Source of the DNA: Anaerolineae bacterium
GTDB lineage: Bacteria; Chloroflexota; Anaerolineae; B4-G1; SLSP01
Direction of reading: 5' to 3'
Length of the DNA: 62,246 nucleotides
Assembly: GCA_026991395.1 (NCBI GenBank)
Contig: JALXBP010000065.1
Coordinates: 1 to 62,246 of the forward strand
Below, one piece after another: positions 34,649 through 44,085 of the stretch (the stretch's first letter is position 1; each line of letters opens with the position of its first letter). A program made the position numbers and the translations under genes. Below the pieces are notes generated by a model. That model ran no database searches, was not told where the DNA came from, and worked only from the letters and a program-made list of their open reading frames with translations.

Positions 34649-36013
34649 ATGAGGAAACGGTTCGACCGACGCAAAAGCTTCTTCCTGACCGCCATCGGGG
34701 CATTGATGCTCGTGCTGGTCGCGATCGGTATCGTTGCGACGCTTTTCGTCCTCACGATAGGCCGGCAAATGCTCTCCGATTCCGGCGTCCTCCCCGGCGT
34801 GAGCGCCGCGGAAGGCGCAAGCCCCAACGTGGAACGCAAGCCTTGGCAGCTCATCCCCACCTGGGTAGGGACCGACCGCGTAACCATCCTCCTCCTCGGC
34901 ATCGACGAACGTCAGCAGGAAAGCGGCCCCTGGCGCACCGACACGATGATCCTCGTCACGCTCGATCCGGTTACGATGAAGGCCGGCATCCTCTCCATCC
35001 CCCGCGACCTCTGGGTGCCCATCCCCGACGTGGGCAACGACCAGCCGCAGCGCATCAACACCGCCCACTTCCTCGGCGATCTCTACGATTACCCCGGCGG
35101 CGGGCCTGCGCTGGCGATGAAGACGGTCGAGTACAACTTCGGCATCCCCGTCGATTACTACGTGCGCATCAACTTCCAGGGCTTCATCAAGCTGATCGAC
35201 CTCATCGGCGGCATCGACGTCTACGTGGACAAGCCGATCAACGACCCCACCTATCCCGACAACAACTACGGCTACGATCCCCTCTACATCGAGCCGGGAT
35301 GGCACCACTTCGACGGGGAGATGGCGCTGAAATATGCCCGCTCCCGCCACGGCAGCAGCGACTTCGACCGCGCCCGCCGCCAGCAGCAGGTCATCCTCGC
35401 CGCGCTCGACCGCGTGGCCAGCCTCGACCTCCTCCCGCAACTGGCGAAGAACGCCGACGAGATCTACGCCACGCTGGAGGATTCGGTCAGCAGCAATATG
35501 ACGCTCGACGAGATGCTGGCGTTAGGCAACCTGGCGCTGCAAGTCGACCGTGAGCACGACATCCGCTACGCCGTCATCGACCAAAGCTGCACGCAGAACT
35601 GGGTCACGCCAAACGGCGCACAGGTGCTCATCCCCATCCGCGAACGCATCCGGGAAGTGCGCGACTACGTCTTCTGGGAGACGGACGAGGACATCCAGCA
35701 ACAGCAGGCCGAGGAAGCGGCCATCGAACTGCTCAACGGCACCACGCGCATCGGCCTCGCGGCGACGACGAGCCAATACCTGGAGAAGGAAGGGCTAACC
35801 ATCGCCCACTTCGACAACGCCGACCGGCAGGATTACGCCCGGACGACGATCATCGTCAACCGCCCCAAGCCGCAGACGGTCGCGCGACTGCAATCTCTCC
35901 TCGGCATCCCCGCCGAGCAGGTCGTCAACGGCAGCGATCCCGCCTCACCCTACGACCTCGTCGTCATCCTCGGCGCGGACTATGCCGGGCCGCCCGCCAC
36001 ACCGACGCCGTAG
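34649..36013 (+). CDS. LCP (LytR-CpsA-Psr) family protein with LytR_C domain, copy 1
   Basis: ILLLGID, RTDTMIL, LSIPRDLWV, RINTA, ALKYARSRH, DFDRARRQQ; C-terminal ELLNGT...GLA; TGnTATAAT upstream. Confidence 0.92.
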   Translation: MRKRFDRRKSFFLTAIGALMLVLVAIGIVATLFVLTIGRQMLSDSGVLPGVSAAEGASPNVERKPWQLIPTWVGTDRVTILLLGIDERQQESGPWRTDTMILVTLDPVTMKAGILSIPRDLWVPIPDVGNDQPQRINTAHFLGDLYDYPGGGPALAMKTVEYNFGIPVDYYVRINFQGFIKLIDLIGGIDVYVDKPINDPTYPDNNYGYDPLYIEPGWHHFDGEMALKYARSRHGSSDFDRARRQQQVILAALDRVASLDLLPQLAKNADEIYATLEDSVSSNMTLDEMLALGNLALQVDREHDIRYAVIDQSCTQNWVTPNGAQVLIPIRERIREVRDYVFWETDEDIQQQQAEEAAIELLNGTTRIGLAATTSQYLEKEGLTIAHFDNADRQDYARTTIIVNRPKPQTVARLQSLLGIPAEQVVNGSDPASPYDLVVILGADYAGPPATPTP

Positions 36014-36024
36014 GAGGCGAAGCT

Positions 36025-37356
36025 ATGCAGCGCCATCCTCCCGAATGGTGGCTTCGCCGAGCGGCCATCGCCGCCTACGTCGCCTTCCTCCTCTTCGTCG
36101 GCCTCTTCGTCTTCACCCACGTCCGCCATCTCGTGGCCGCCTCGGAGGTGCTCCCCTCCTTCACCGGCAACAATCAGCCCAGCCCCAACGTCGGCTACGA
36201 GGAGGGGACGGCCCTGCCCACCTGGACGGGCACCGACCGCATCACCATCCTCCTGATGGGCATCGACGAGCGTGAGCAGGAAGAAGGCCCCTGGCGCACC
36301 GACTCGATGATGGTCGTCACGCTCGATCCGGTTACGATGAAGGCAGGCGTGCTCTCCATCCCCCGCGACATCTGGGTGGAAATCCCCGGCTATGAAAGCG
36401 GACGCATCAACACAGCCTACTTCCTCGGCGACCTTACCGACTACCCCGGCGGCGGGCCGGCCTTGGCCGTGGAGACCGTCCGCCACAACTTCGCCATCCC
36501 CATCGATCACTACGTCGTCGTCAACTTCCACGCCTTCGTCACGCTGATCGACGAGATCGGCGGCATCGACATCGACGTGCCGGAGACGATCGACGATCCT
36601 TACTACCCCGACTACAACTACGGCTACGATCCTCTCCACATCGAGGCCGGGCACCACCACTTCGACGGCGAGACCGCCCTGAAGTACGCCCGCACCCGCC
36701 ATTCGGGCCACGGAGACTTCGACCGCGCCCGTCGGCAGCAACAGGTCGCCCTCGCCATCCTGGAGAAGGTGAAACACCCCGACGTGCTGGCCCGTCTCGT
36801 CGCCCGCGCCCCCAAGCTCTACGAGACACTGCAGGCTTCGGTGCGCACCGACCTCAAACTGGACCAGATCATCGCGCTGGCGGTGCTGGCGAGCAAAGTC
36901 AAGCCGGAAGACATCCGCTTCGCCGTCGTCGATGAATCCTGCACGCTCCCCTACACCACGCCGGACGGCGCGATGGTACTCGTCCCCATTCGGGAGCGGA
37001 TGCGCGAGAAGCGCGACTACATCTTCTGGCTCACGGACGAGACGGCCGGGGAAAGCGGCGAGGCGCAGGTCTCGGTACTCAACGGGACGGAACAGAGCGG
37101 CCTGGCGGCCTCGACGGCCCAGTACCTGGAGGAAAACGGCATTCACGTCGCCCGCTACGACAACGCCGACCGGCAGGACTACGCCACCTCGCTGGTGATC
37201 ATCAACCGCGACCACGAGTCGGCGGCCAGGCAGATCATCGCGCTCCTCGGCCTGCCCGACTCGGCCCTCGTCCACGGCGACAACCCCTCGGCGACCTACG
37301 ACATCACCGTCATCCTCGGGCAGGACTACGCCGAAAAGCTCCTCTCGCAGCCCTAA
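36025..37356 (+). CDS. LCP family protein with LytR_C domain, copy 2
   Basis: Same motif set: RTDSMM, LSIPRDIWV, ALKYARTRH, DFDRARRQQ, VLNGT. Confidence 0.92.
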   Translation: MQRHPPEWWLRRAAIAAYVAFLLFVGLFVFTHVRHLVAASEVLPSFTGNNQPSPNVGYEEGTALPTWTGTDRITILLMGIDEREQEEGPWRTDSMMVVTLDPVTMKAGVLSIPRDIWVEIPGYESGRINTAYFLGDLTDYPGGGPALAVETVRHNFAIPIDHYVVVNFHAFVTLIDEIGGIDIDVPETIDDPYYPDYNYGYDPLHIEAGHHHFDGETALKYARTRHSGHGDFDRARRQQQVALAILEKVKHPDVLARLVARAPKLYETLQASVRTDLKLDQIIALAVLASKVKPEDIRFAVVDESCTLPYTTPDGAMVLVPIRERMREKRDYIFWLTDETAGESGEAQVSVLNGTEQSGLAASTAQYLEENGIHVARYDNADRQDYATSLVIINRDHESAARQIIALLGLPDSALVHGDNPSATYDITVILGQDYAEKLLSQP

Positions 37357-37727
37357 TCGCCGCAGCGGGGCACGAGGAAGGCACTCGGCGCACTCCCTGC
37401 GGCCAGTTCATCCCGCATCCGTTCCATCTGCCGACGCAGCGCCGCAACATCGACGCCGTGGCAGCAGTCGGGGAAGGCCGCAAGATGGAAGAAAGCGCGC
37501 TCGAGCAGCCACTTCGCCCCCGCGGGCCTCTGCCGACCGTGCTGAATGAAGGCGCTGGCGACCTGAACCAGCGCCTGGTAGAGTTCGCGCACCGGACGAT
37601 GCTCCTCGCGCCAGTAATCCTCCCACACCTCGTGCGCCTCGAAGTAACGTCCGGCATCGAAGAGCGCCGCCCCGGCAGCCATCCCCTCGGTCATTCCCCC
37701 GGCACACTGCTTCGGTAACCCGCCCAT
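37353..37727 (-). CDS. DUF309 family protein
   Basis: LFDAGRYFEAHEVWEDYW...LYQALVQVASAF. Confidence 0.85.
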   Translation of the reverse strand: MGGLPKQCAGGMTEGMAAGAALFDAGRYFEAHEVWEDYWREEHRPVRELYQALVQVASAFIQHGRQRPAGAKWLLERAFFHLAAFPDCCHGVDVAALRRQMERMRDELAAGSAPSAFLVPRCGD

Positions 37728-37740
37728 ACCGCCTCCTTGC

Positions 37741-40700
37741 TCAATCCGTCCCCTCCGGCAGGTCGTCCAGCCGCAGCGAGAGCACCTGCGACACCCCGTC
37801 GTCGCCCATCGAGATGCCGTAGATCGTCTCCGCCGCCTCCACCGTGCCGCGGTTGTGCGTGATGACGATGAACTGCGTCCGCTGGGCCAGCGCCTCCAGG
37901 TGCGTGCGGAAGCGCCCCACGTTGGCCTCGTCGAGCATCGCGTCCACCTCGTCCAAGATGCAGAAGGGCGTCGGGCTGACGCTCATCAGCGCGAAGAGCA
38001 GCGCGATCGCCGTCAGCGTCCGCTCCCCGCCGGAGAGCATCCCCAGCCCCGAGGTGCGCTTGCCCGGCGGACGGGCGACGATCTCCACGCCGACGGTCTC
38101 CCCCCGCTCGTCCGCGACCGCCTCCAGCCGCGCCGTCCCCCCGTTGAAAAGCTGCCGGAAGGTGCGCGAAAAGGCCGACGCCACGTCGCGGAAGGTCTTG
38201 CCGAAGCGTTCCTTCATCATCGCATCCAGTTCACCGATGACGGTCCGCAGATGGGCGGAGGCCGCCTGCAGGTCGTCGAGCTGCTCACTGAGGAAGGTGT
38301 AGCGCTCCGCCAACGCGGCATGCTCCTCCTCGACGGCGGGGTCAACCAACCCCAGACGGCGCACCTGCGTGCGCAGATCGCGGATCTCCGCCTCCAGACC
38401 GGGGGGCAGGTCGAGCACGGCAGGAAGCGGCGAGACGATCGCCGCCATCGGCAGCGGCTGCTGCAAGGAGAGCGAATCGGGCAGATCGGCGATGACCAGG
38501 CCCAGCGCCTCCTCGATCTCCCGACGCAGCGCGGCCACGCCGTCCTCGTGGCGACGCAGGGCGACCTCCGCCGCCGTCAGGCGCTCCCGCTCCCGACCGA
38601 GCGCCTCCTGCGCCCGACGCCGCTCCGCTTCCAGCGCTTCCTGCCGCCGCTCCGCCTCGGCGACCTCCGCCTCCAATTGCGGCAGGCGGGCATCGTCGCG
38701 CTCCGCCGCGGCACGTGCCTCGGCATACGCCTGCTGCAGCGCGACCAGCCGCTCGGAAAGCGCCGCCAACTCCGTCTCCAGCGCGGCGATCCGTGCCTCG
38801 GTGCCTTCCACCTGCCGACGAAGCCGCCGCGCCTCGGCCCGGCGCGCCTCCAGGCGGGCCTCCGCCGTCGCCCGCTCGCCCTCCGCACGGGCGACCTCGC
38901 CGCGGGCACGCTCCACCTGCCGCGAACTCTCGTCGGCGTCGGTGAAGCTCTGCAGCGCCGCCGCCGCCTCACGCGCCGCCCCTTCGGCCTCGCGCAGGGC
39001 GGCCTCCGCCTCGGCGATGGCCTCGCGCAGGGCCTCGCGGCGGGCCTCCGCCTGCGCACGCTCCCGCTCCAGCGCCGCCCGCCGTCCCTCCAGCCAGCCG
39101 CGATCCCGCAGCCGGGCCTCGAGCTTGCGGACAGCCTCATCGAGCCGACCCTCCGCCTCCCGACGGGCACGCCGTGCCTGCCGATGGGCATCCTGTGCCT
39201 GACGCAGCGCCTCCTCCGCCGTGCGCAATGCCTCCTCCGCCTGCCGACGCTGCCCGCGCAAATCGGCGATCGCCGCTTCGGCCTCGGCCACCGCCTGCGG
39301 CAAGCGGCGAAGCTCCCGCCGACGGGCCAGAAGCCCGCCGCGCGATTGCCCGCGCCGTCCGCCGGTCAGCGCCCCGCTCGACCGCAGCACCTCCCCGTCC
39401 AGCGTTACGATCTGGAAGGAGCCGCGCAGCCGCCGATGCAGCCGTCGGGCCGTCTCCAGCGTCTCGACGACGACCACCCGCCCCAGGAGCAGCCGCACCG
39501 CCGCCTCCAGCGAAGGGTCATACCCGACCAGGTCGGCGGCCACGCCGATGACGCCAGGCTCATCGGCGGGAAGGCGCAGCGGCGAGGGGGGACGCAGCGT
39601 GTCCAGCGGGAGGAAGGTCGCCCGCCCCGCCGCGTGCTGCTTCAGGTAGGCGATGGCCGCCTGTGCCGTCTCCCAGCGCTCGGCGACGATGCTCTGCAAC
39701 CGACCGCCCAACGCGGTCTCGACCGCCCGCTCCAGCCGGGCGGGGACGTCGATCAGCGCGGCGACCGTGCCGGGCAGGCCGTCGAGTTCGCCGCGCCGGA
39801 CGGCCTGGAGGACGGCGCGCACGCCGGCGTACAGCCCCTCGCCCTCGCTTTCGATGCGCTCCAGCAAGGCCAGGCGCGTGCTCAGCGCCTCCAGCCGACG
39901 TTCGGCTTCGGCCAGCGCCCGCTGCAACGCCTCGAGCCGGACGCGATGCTGCTGCACCTGCTGCGCGGCCTCCTCCGCGCCCTGCTCCGCCGCACGCACG
40001 GCCTCCTCGCGCGCGGCAAGTGCGGCCCGTGCCGCCTCGACCGCGTTCTGCGCCTGCCGCAGCGAGCTTTGCAGGCGCGCCTCTTCCTCCTCCAGCGCCG
40101 ATCTCTCCTCCCGGAGATGCACCAGCGCCTCCTCGGCCTGCCGCAGGCGCTCCCGCCGATCCTCCAGGCGGTGGGCGGCCTCCACGGCGCGGGCCTGAGC
40201 GGCGGCCTGTGCCGCAACGAGGGCACGGCGACGGGCGGAAGCCTCCGCCGCCACCTGCGCCAGCGCCTCCAGCCGCCCGCGGGCCGCCTCCAGCGCGGCC
40301 TGCGCCTCCTCCACCGAGCGCTCTAACGCTTCGATCGCCGAGGTGTGCTCGGCCAGGGCGGAAAGGAGCGGCGCGAGGTTGGCCCGCTCCTCCTCCAGGC
40401 GCTCCTGGAGCAGACGGCGGCGCTCCTGCGTAACGGCCAGTTCACGCTGGGCGCGTTCGGCGGCGCGATGGCGGGCGCTGCTTTCGTGGTGCAACTGCGT
40501 GAGGGCGGTGCGCAGTTGGCTCAAGCGGCGGCGCTCGGCGTTCAGCCGCTCCTGCGCCGTCTCCAGCCGCTCCTGCTGCCGCGCCACACGTCCCGCCAGG
40601 TAGGCCCGCTTCTGCCGCGCCGACTCCAGGGCGTTCAACGCCTCGCCCCAGCGATAGCCGTACCAGAGCCGCAGACGTTCGCGCAGGGCGGCCTCCAATT

Positions 40701-41364
40701 CGGTGCGCTCCTTCAGCCGCCTGACCTGCCGTTCCAGCCGGTGGAGACGCGGCTCCAGTTCGGCGAGGATGTCCCGGACACGATCGACGTTGCGCGAGGT
40801 CTCGTCGAGGCGGCGCAGGGCCTCCTCACGGCGGCGGCGGTAGGGCGCGATGCCCGCCGCCTGCTCGAAGATCGCCAGCCGCTCCCCGGCCCGCAGCGAG
40901 AGGATGCGATCGACCACGCCCTGCCCGATGGTGAAGTAGGCCTCCCGCCCCAGGCCGGCGCGGTCGAGCATATCGCGCAGGTCGCCCAGGCGGATGCGCC
41001 GTCCGTTGAGGCGATACTCGCTCCGCCCGTCGCGGTAGATGCGCCGCTCGATGGCGACTTCCTCGAAGTCGAGCGGCAGCCAGTGCTCGCCGTTGTCGAA
41101 GAGCAACTCGACGCGGGCCATCCCGGCACGGGCGCGGCGCTTGCTTCCGGCGAAGATCATATCCTCGCCGCTGCGACCGCGCAGCGTGAGCATCCGCTGC
41201 TCGCCCAGCACCCAGCGGACGGCGTCGGCGATGTTGCTCTTCCCGCTCCCGTTCGGCCCGACGATGGCGGTGATGCCGCCGGGGAAGCGGAGCGTGGTCG
41301 GCTCGGCGAAGGACTTGAAGCCCTGGAGGGTCAGTTGCTTGAGGCGCGGGGCGGCGGTCATCAC
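37741..41364 (-). CDS. smc: Chromosome segregation protein SMC
   Basis: LQGFKSF, VGPNGSGKSNI, long coiled coils, hinge (ETALGGRLQSIV, GRATFLPLD, GEVLRSSGALTGG), LSGGE, ILDEVDAMLD. Confidence 0.97.
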   Translation of the reverse strand: MMTAAPRLKQLTLQGFKSFAEPTTLRFPGGITAIVGPNGSGKSNIADAVRWVLGEQRMLTLRGRSGEDMIFAGSKRRARAGMARVELLFDNGEHWLPLDFEEVAIERRIYRDGRSEYRLNGRRIRLGDLRDMLDRAGLGREAYFTIGQGVVDRILSLRAGERLAIFEQAAGIAPYRRRREEALRRLDETSRNVDRVRDILAELEPRLHRLERQVRRLKERTELEAALRERLRLWYGYRWGEALNALESARQKRAYLAGRVARQQERLETAQERLNAERRRLSQLRTALTQLHHESSARHRAAERAQRELAVTQERRRLLQERLEEERANLAPLLSALAEHTSAIEALERSVEEAQAALEAARGRLEALAQVAAEASARRRALVAAQAAAQARAVEAAHRLEDRRERLRQAEEALVHLREERSALEEEEARLQSSLRQAQNAVEAARAALAAREEAVRAAEQGAEEAAQQVQQHRVRLEALQRALAEAERRLEALSTRLALLERIESEGEGLYAGVRAVLQAVRRGELDGLPGTVAALIDVPARLERAVETALGGRLQSIVAERWETAQAAIAYLKQHAAGRATFLPLDTLRPPSPLRLPADEPGVIGVAADLVGYDPSLEAAVRLLLGRVVVVETLETARRLHRRLRGSFQIVTLDGEVLRSSGALTGGRRGQSRGGLLARRRELRRLPQAVAEAEAAIADLRGQRRQAEEALRTAEEALRQAQDAHRQARRARREAEGRLDEAVRKLEARLRDRGWLEGRRAALERERAQAEARREALREAIAEAEAALREAEGAAREAAAALQSFTDADESSRQVERARGEVARAEGERATAEARLEARRAEARRLRRQVEGTEARIAALETELAALSERLVALQQAYAEARAAAERDDARLPQLEAEVAEAERRQEALEAERRRAQEALGRERERLTAAEVALRRHEDGVAALRREIEEALGLVIADLPDSLSLQQPLPMAAIVSPLPAVLDLPPGLEAEIRDLRTQVRRLGLVDPAVEEEHAALAERYTFLSEQLDDLQAASAHLRTVIGELDAMMKERFGKTFRDVASAFSRTFRQLFNGGTARLEAVADERGETVGVEIVARPPGKRTSGLGMLSGGERTLTAIALLFALMSVSPTPFCILDEVDAMLDEANVGRFRTHLEALAQRTQFIVITHNRGTVEAAETIYGISMGDDGVSQVLSLRLDDLPEGTD

Positions 41365-42428
41365 GAACCGACCTCCACGACGTCGCCGCCGGCAGCCCGC
41401 GTCAGCCGGTCGCGCACGGCCAGCGCCAGCCCGCGCGTCCCGAAGTCGCGGGCGAGGATGCGATCGACACCGGCGCGGTCGAGGGCACGCAGCGTGGCGA
41501 AGAGGCGGCGGGCGACGCCTTCGGGATCGTGCAGTGAGCCGGGGGCGCGGAGCACGGCGGGGAGATCGCGCAGCGCGGGCACATCCTCCTCGGCGACGAG
41601 CAGCGCCACCTTCTCGCCGCGCCGATGGGCTTCGAGCGCGGCCTGCCGCAAGGCCGCGCGGACGGCGGCATCGGAACCGCGGTAGAGGCGCATCGGGGTG
41701 CGCGGGGCGTAGTGAGAGGGCCGCGTCCCCGGCGAAAGGGCCGCTTCATCGGCGGCCTGCTGCGCAAGGCGCACCTCGCCCAGGAGCGCTTCCAGCGCCT
41801 CGCGGCTGACGCCGCCCGGACGCAAGATGGTCGGCACGGGGGCAACCAGCGAGAGGACGGTCGATTCCACGCCGACGGGGGTCGGGCCGCCGTCGAGGAT
41901 GAGGTCGATCCGCCCCGCCAGGTCGCTCAGGACATCCTCGGCCCGTGTCGGGCTGATGTGGCCGAAGCGGTTGGCGCTCGGCGCAGCGATGGGCGAGGCC
42001 GCCGCTCGAATGAGGGCGAGGGCAACGGGATGGGCGGGCATCCGCACGGCGACGGTCGGGCCACCGGCGGTAACCTCGTCGGGGACGCGGGGAGCGCGCG
42101 GCACGACGAGGGTCAAGGGGCCGGGCCAGAAGTGGCGGGCCAGCATCTCGGCCTGCGGGGGCATCTCGGCCACGAGGCGCGCAAGGGTCTCGACGTCATC
42201 GATGTGGACGATGAGCGGATCGTCGGCGGGGCGGGCCTTGGCGACGAAGATGCGGCGCACCGCCCCGGCGTCCAGGGCGTTAGCGCCCAGGCCGTAGACG
42301 GTCTCCGTGGGGAAGGCGACGAGGCCGCCCGCACGGATGATGCGTGCCGCCTCCGCCACGGCCTCGGGGTCGGGATGGCGGGGATCGACGGGGAGCACGC
42401 GGGTCCTCTTCGCGGGGCGATCGCTCAA
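41361..42428 (-). CDS. sua5: L-threonylcarbamoyladenylate synthase, Sua5 type
   Basis: FPTETVYGLGA, KARPADDPLIVH, APSANRFG, GVESTV, and C-terminal Sua5 domain PG..SHYAP. Confidence 0.93.
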   Translation of the reverse strand: MSDRPAKRTRVLPVDPRHPDPEAVAEAARIIRAGGLVAFPTETVYGLGANALDAGAVRRIFVAKARPADDPLIVHIDDVETLARLVAEMPPQAEMLARHFWPGPLTLVVPRAPRVPDEVTAGGPTVAVRMPAHPVALALIRAAASPIAAPSANRFGHISPTRAEDVLSDLAGRIDLILDGGPTPVGVESTVLSLVAPVPTILRPGGVSREALEALLGEVRLAQQAADEAALSPGTRPSHYAPRTPMRLYRGSDAAVRAALRQAALEAHRRGEKVALLVAEEDVPALRDLPAVLRAPGSLHDPEGVARRLFATLRALDRAGVDRILARDFGTRGLALAVRDRLTRAAGGDVVEVGS

Positions 42429-43081
42429 CCGGCGGCCTCCTCCGCAGTTTCGAGGGCTTCCAGCAGCCGCTGAATCTGCAGCGTGTGCGTCAGATCGCCG
42501 CGGGTGCGCTCCAGCACGCCGCGCAGTTGGTCAACGCGGCGGCGCAGGCCGCCACTGATTGCATCGGGATAGCTGAAGGTCAACAGCATCTCGTAAACGG
42601 TGTCCATCAGGGTGAGGAGGCGCTCCGCTTCCGCCGTCGCCTCACGGCCACCCCGGCGCAGCCGATCGAGGATGCGGCGGCGCATCTCGCTGGCGGCCTC
42701 GGCCAGGCCGTTGAGGTAGGTCGCCAGCGGCACGCCGCTCCGCCGGGGGTCGGGGAGCGGGGCATCGGTCAGGAAGGCCACGGTCAGATGGGCTTCGACC
42801 CACTCCTTGAAGGCGTCCTGCGTGTACCCGGCGTAGAAGAGGTCGGGGAACGGCTCGGCGTAGCTGCGCATCGCGGCGACGACGGTATCGGCCTCGTCGA
42901 GGAGCCGACGGGACACATCCCAGGCATCGCGGTGCGCGGCGCTGATCGCTCGGGCGCAGAGACGGATGAGCGCACGACTGCGCCGCAACAGGTCATCGCG
43001 GGCATCGTTGCGGGCCTCCAGGTCCGCCTGGGCTGCCTCGGCCAGGCTGCCCAGCCAGTGTGCCAGGTCCCCTTCCTTCAC
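42425..43081 (-). CDS. Translin/TRAX-like protein
   Basis: All-helical; R..LLRRSRALIR, Y...AFKEWVEA, YLNGLAEAASEMRR, LRRRVDQLRGVLERT match archaeal translin-family motifs. Confidence 0.75.
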   Translation of the reverse strand: MKEGDLAHWLGSLAEAAQADLEARNDARDDLLRRSRALIRLCARAISAAHRDAWDVSRRLLDEADTVVAAMRSYAEPFPDLFYAGYTQDAFKEWVEAHLTVAFLTDAPLPDPRRSGVPLATYLNGLAEAASEMRRRILDRLRRGGREATAEAERLLTLMDTVYEMLLTFSYPDAISGGLRRRVDQLRGVLERTRGDLTHTLQIQRLLEALETAEEAAG

Positions 43082-43404
43082 GGCTCATCCTCCGGCGGGC
43101 GGGAGGTGCCGAAAAAGGCCCGCGCCAAGTCCTCCCCGCGCCCCGGAATGATGATCTCCCCGAAGGTCGATTCGTACTTCGCCAGGTTTTCCCGCAAGGC
43201 ACGGAGCAGGAGCTTGGCGTTGAGCGGGGTCATCACCACGCGGGTCTTGACGTGCAGGCTCGGCTGATTGGGCATCGCCTGGGCAAAATCAAGGATGATC
43301 TCGGAGGGCGAATGGGTGATCAGGACCACGTTGGCATAGGTCGGCTCCAAATCGGAGGGCATCTGCACGTTCAGCTTGCGCGGCGGTTGTTTTTGGCTTT
43401 TCAT
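43078..43404 (-). CDS. DUF3467 family protein
   Basis: PTYANVVLITHSPSEIILDFAQ...RVVMTPLNAKLLLRALRENLAKYESTFGEI. Confidence 0.85.
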   Translation of the reverse strand: MKSQKQPPRKLNVQMPSDLEPTYANVVLITHSPSEIILDFAQAMPNQPSLHVKTRVVMTPLNAKLLLRALRENLAKYESTFGEIIIPGRGEDLARAFFGTSRPPEDEP

Positions 43405-43482
43405 CGTGCCTCCTGCAGGAAGATGGCGACAAAAAGGATGCACGGCATCGGAGGACACCGTGCATCACGATCATCCGGGCGT

Positions 43483-43890
43483 TCAGAAGGGGATATCCTC
43501 ACCCTCGGCGGGCGGCGCGGCCATCTCATCCGAGGCAGCCCCGCCGCGGCCCCCCAAGAAGATGATGCGGTCGGCGGTAACCTCGTACTGCGCTCCGTAG
43601 GAACCGTCCTTGCGCTGATAGACCCGCGGCCCGCCCGTGGCCGGGTCAGGGCGCAACCGCCCTTCGACCATCACCTGGCGGCCCTTGCTCAGGTACTGGG
43701 CAGCGACCTCGGCCTGCCTGCGCCAGGCGGTTACGCGAAACCAAACGGTTTCCTCTCCGGGGGTGCCGTCGCTGTTCGTCCAACGGCGATTGGTCGCAAT
43801 GGAAAACGACGTTACCGGCGTGCCGTCGGGTGTGTAACGCATCTCCGGATCACGCCCCAGATTGCCGACGATAATGATCTTGTGATACAT
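43483..43890 (-). CDS. ssb: Single-stranded DNA-binding protein
   Basis: IIVGNLGRDPEMRYT, TVWFRVTAW, LSKGRQVMVEGRL; acidic tail EDIPF. Confidence 0.96.
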   Translation of the reverse strand: MYHKIIIVGNLGRDPEMRYTPDGTPVTSFSIATNRRWTNSDGTPGEETVWFRVTAWRRQAEVAAQYLSKGRQVMVEGRLRPDPATGGPRVYQRKDGSYGAQYEVTADRIIFLGGRGGAASDEMAAPPAEGEDIPF

Positions 43891-43988
43891 CGTGCCCTCC
43901 TTTCCGGCTGATAGCGCCAAATACGCACTTAGTTTACCACAGAGCCACGGAAGAGGCAATGCCCGTCGCAGAGAGCAGCGAAGGCGCT

Positions 43989-44028
43989 TTTTACAGCCTT
44001 TTTACACGACACGGTATCGCCTTTTACA
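43989..44028 (+). repeat. Helically phased TTTTACA direct repeats
   Basis: TTTTACA at 43989, 44000 and 44022 (spacings 11 and 22). Confidence 0.6.
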
Positions 44029-44085
44029 GGTGGTCTCTATAAGTAGCCTGGAGGCACACTCAGCAGAAAGGAGGTTTTCGTTCGT

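Noticed and set aside
38500-40700. Apparent short repeats (gccgcc, gcctcc) in smc
   Set aside because: Ala/Glu/Arg coiled-coil codon bias rather than a DNA repeat element.
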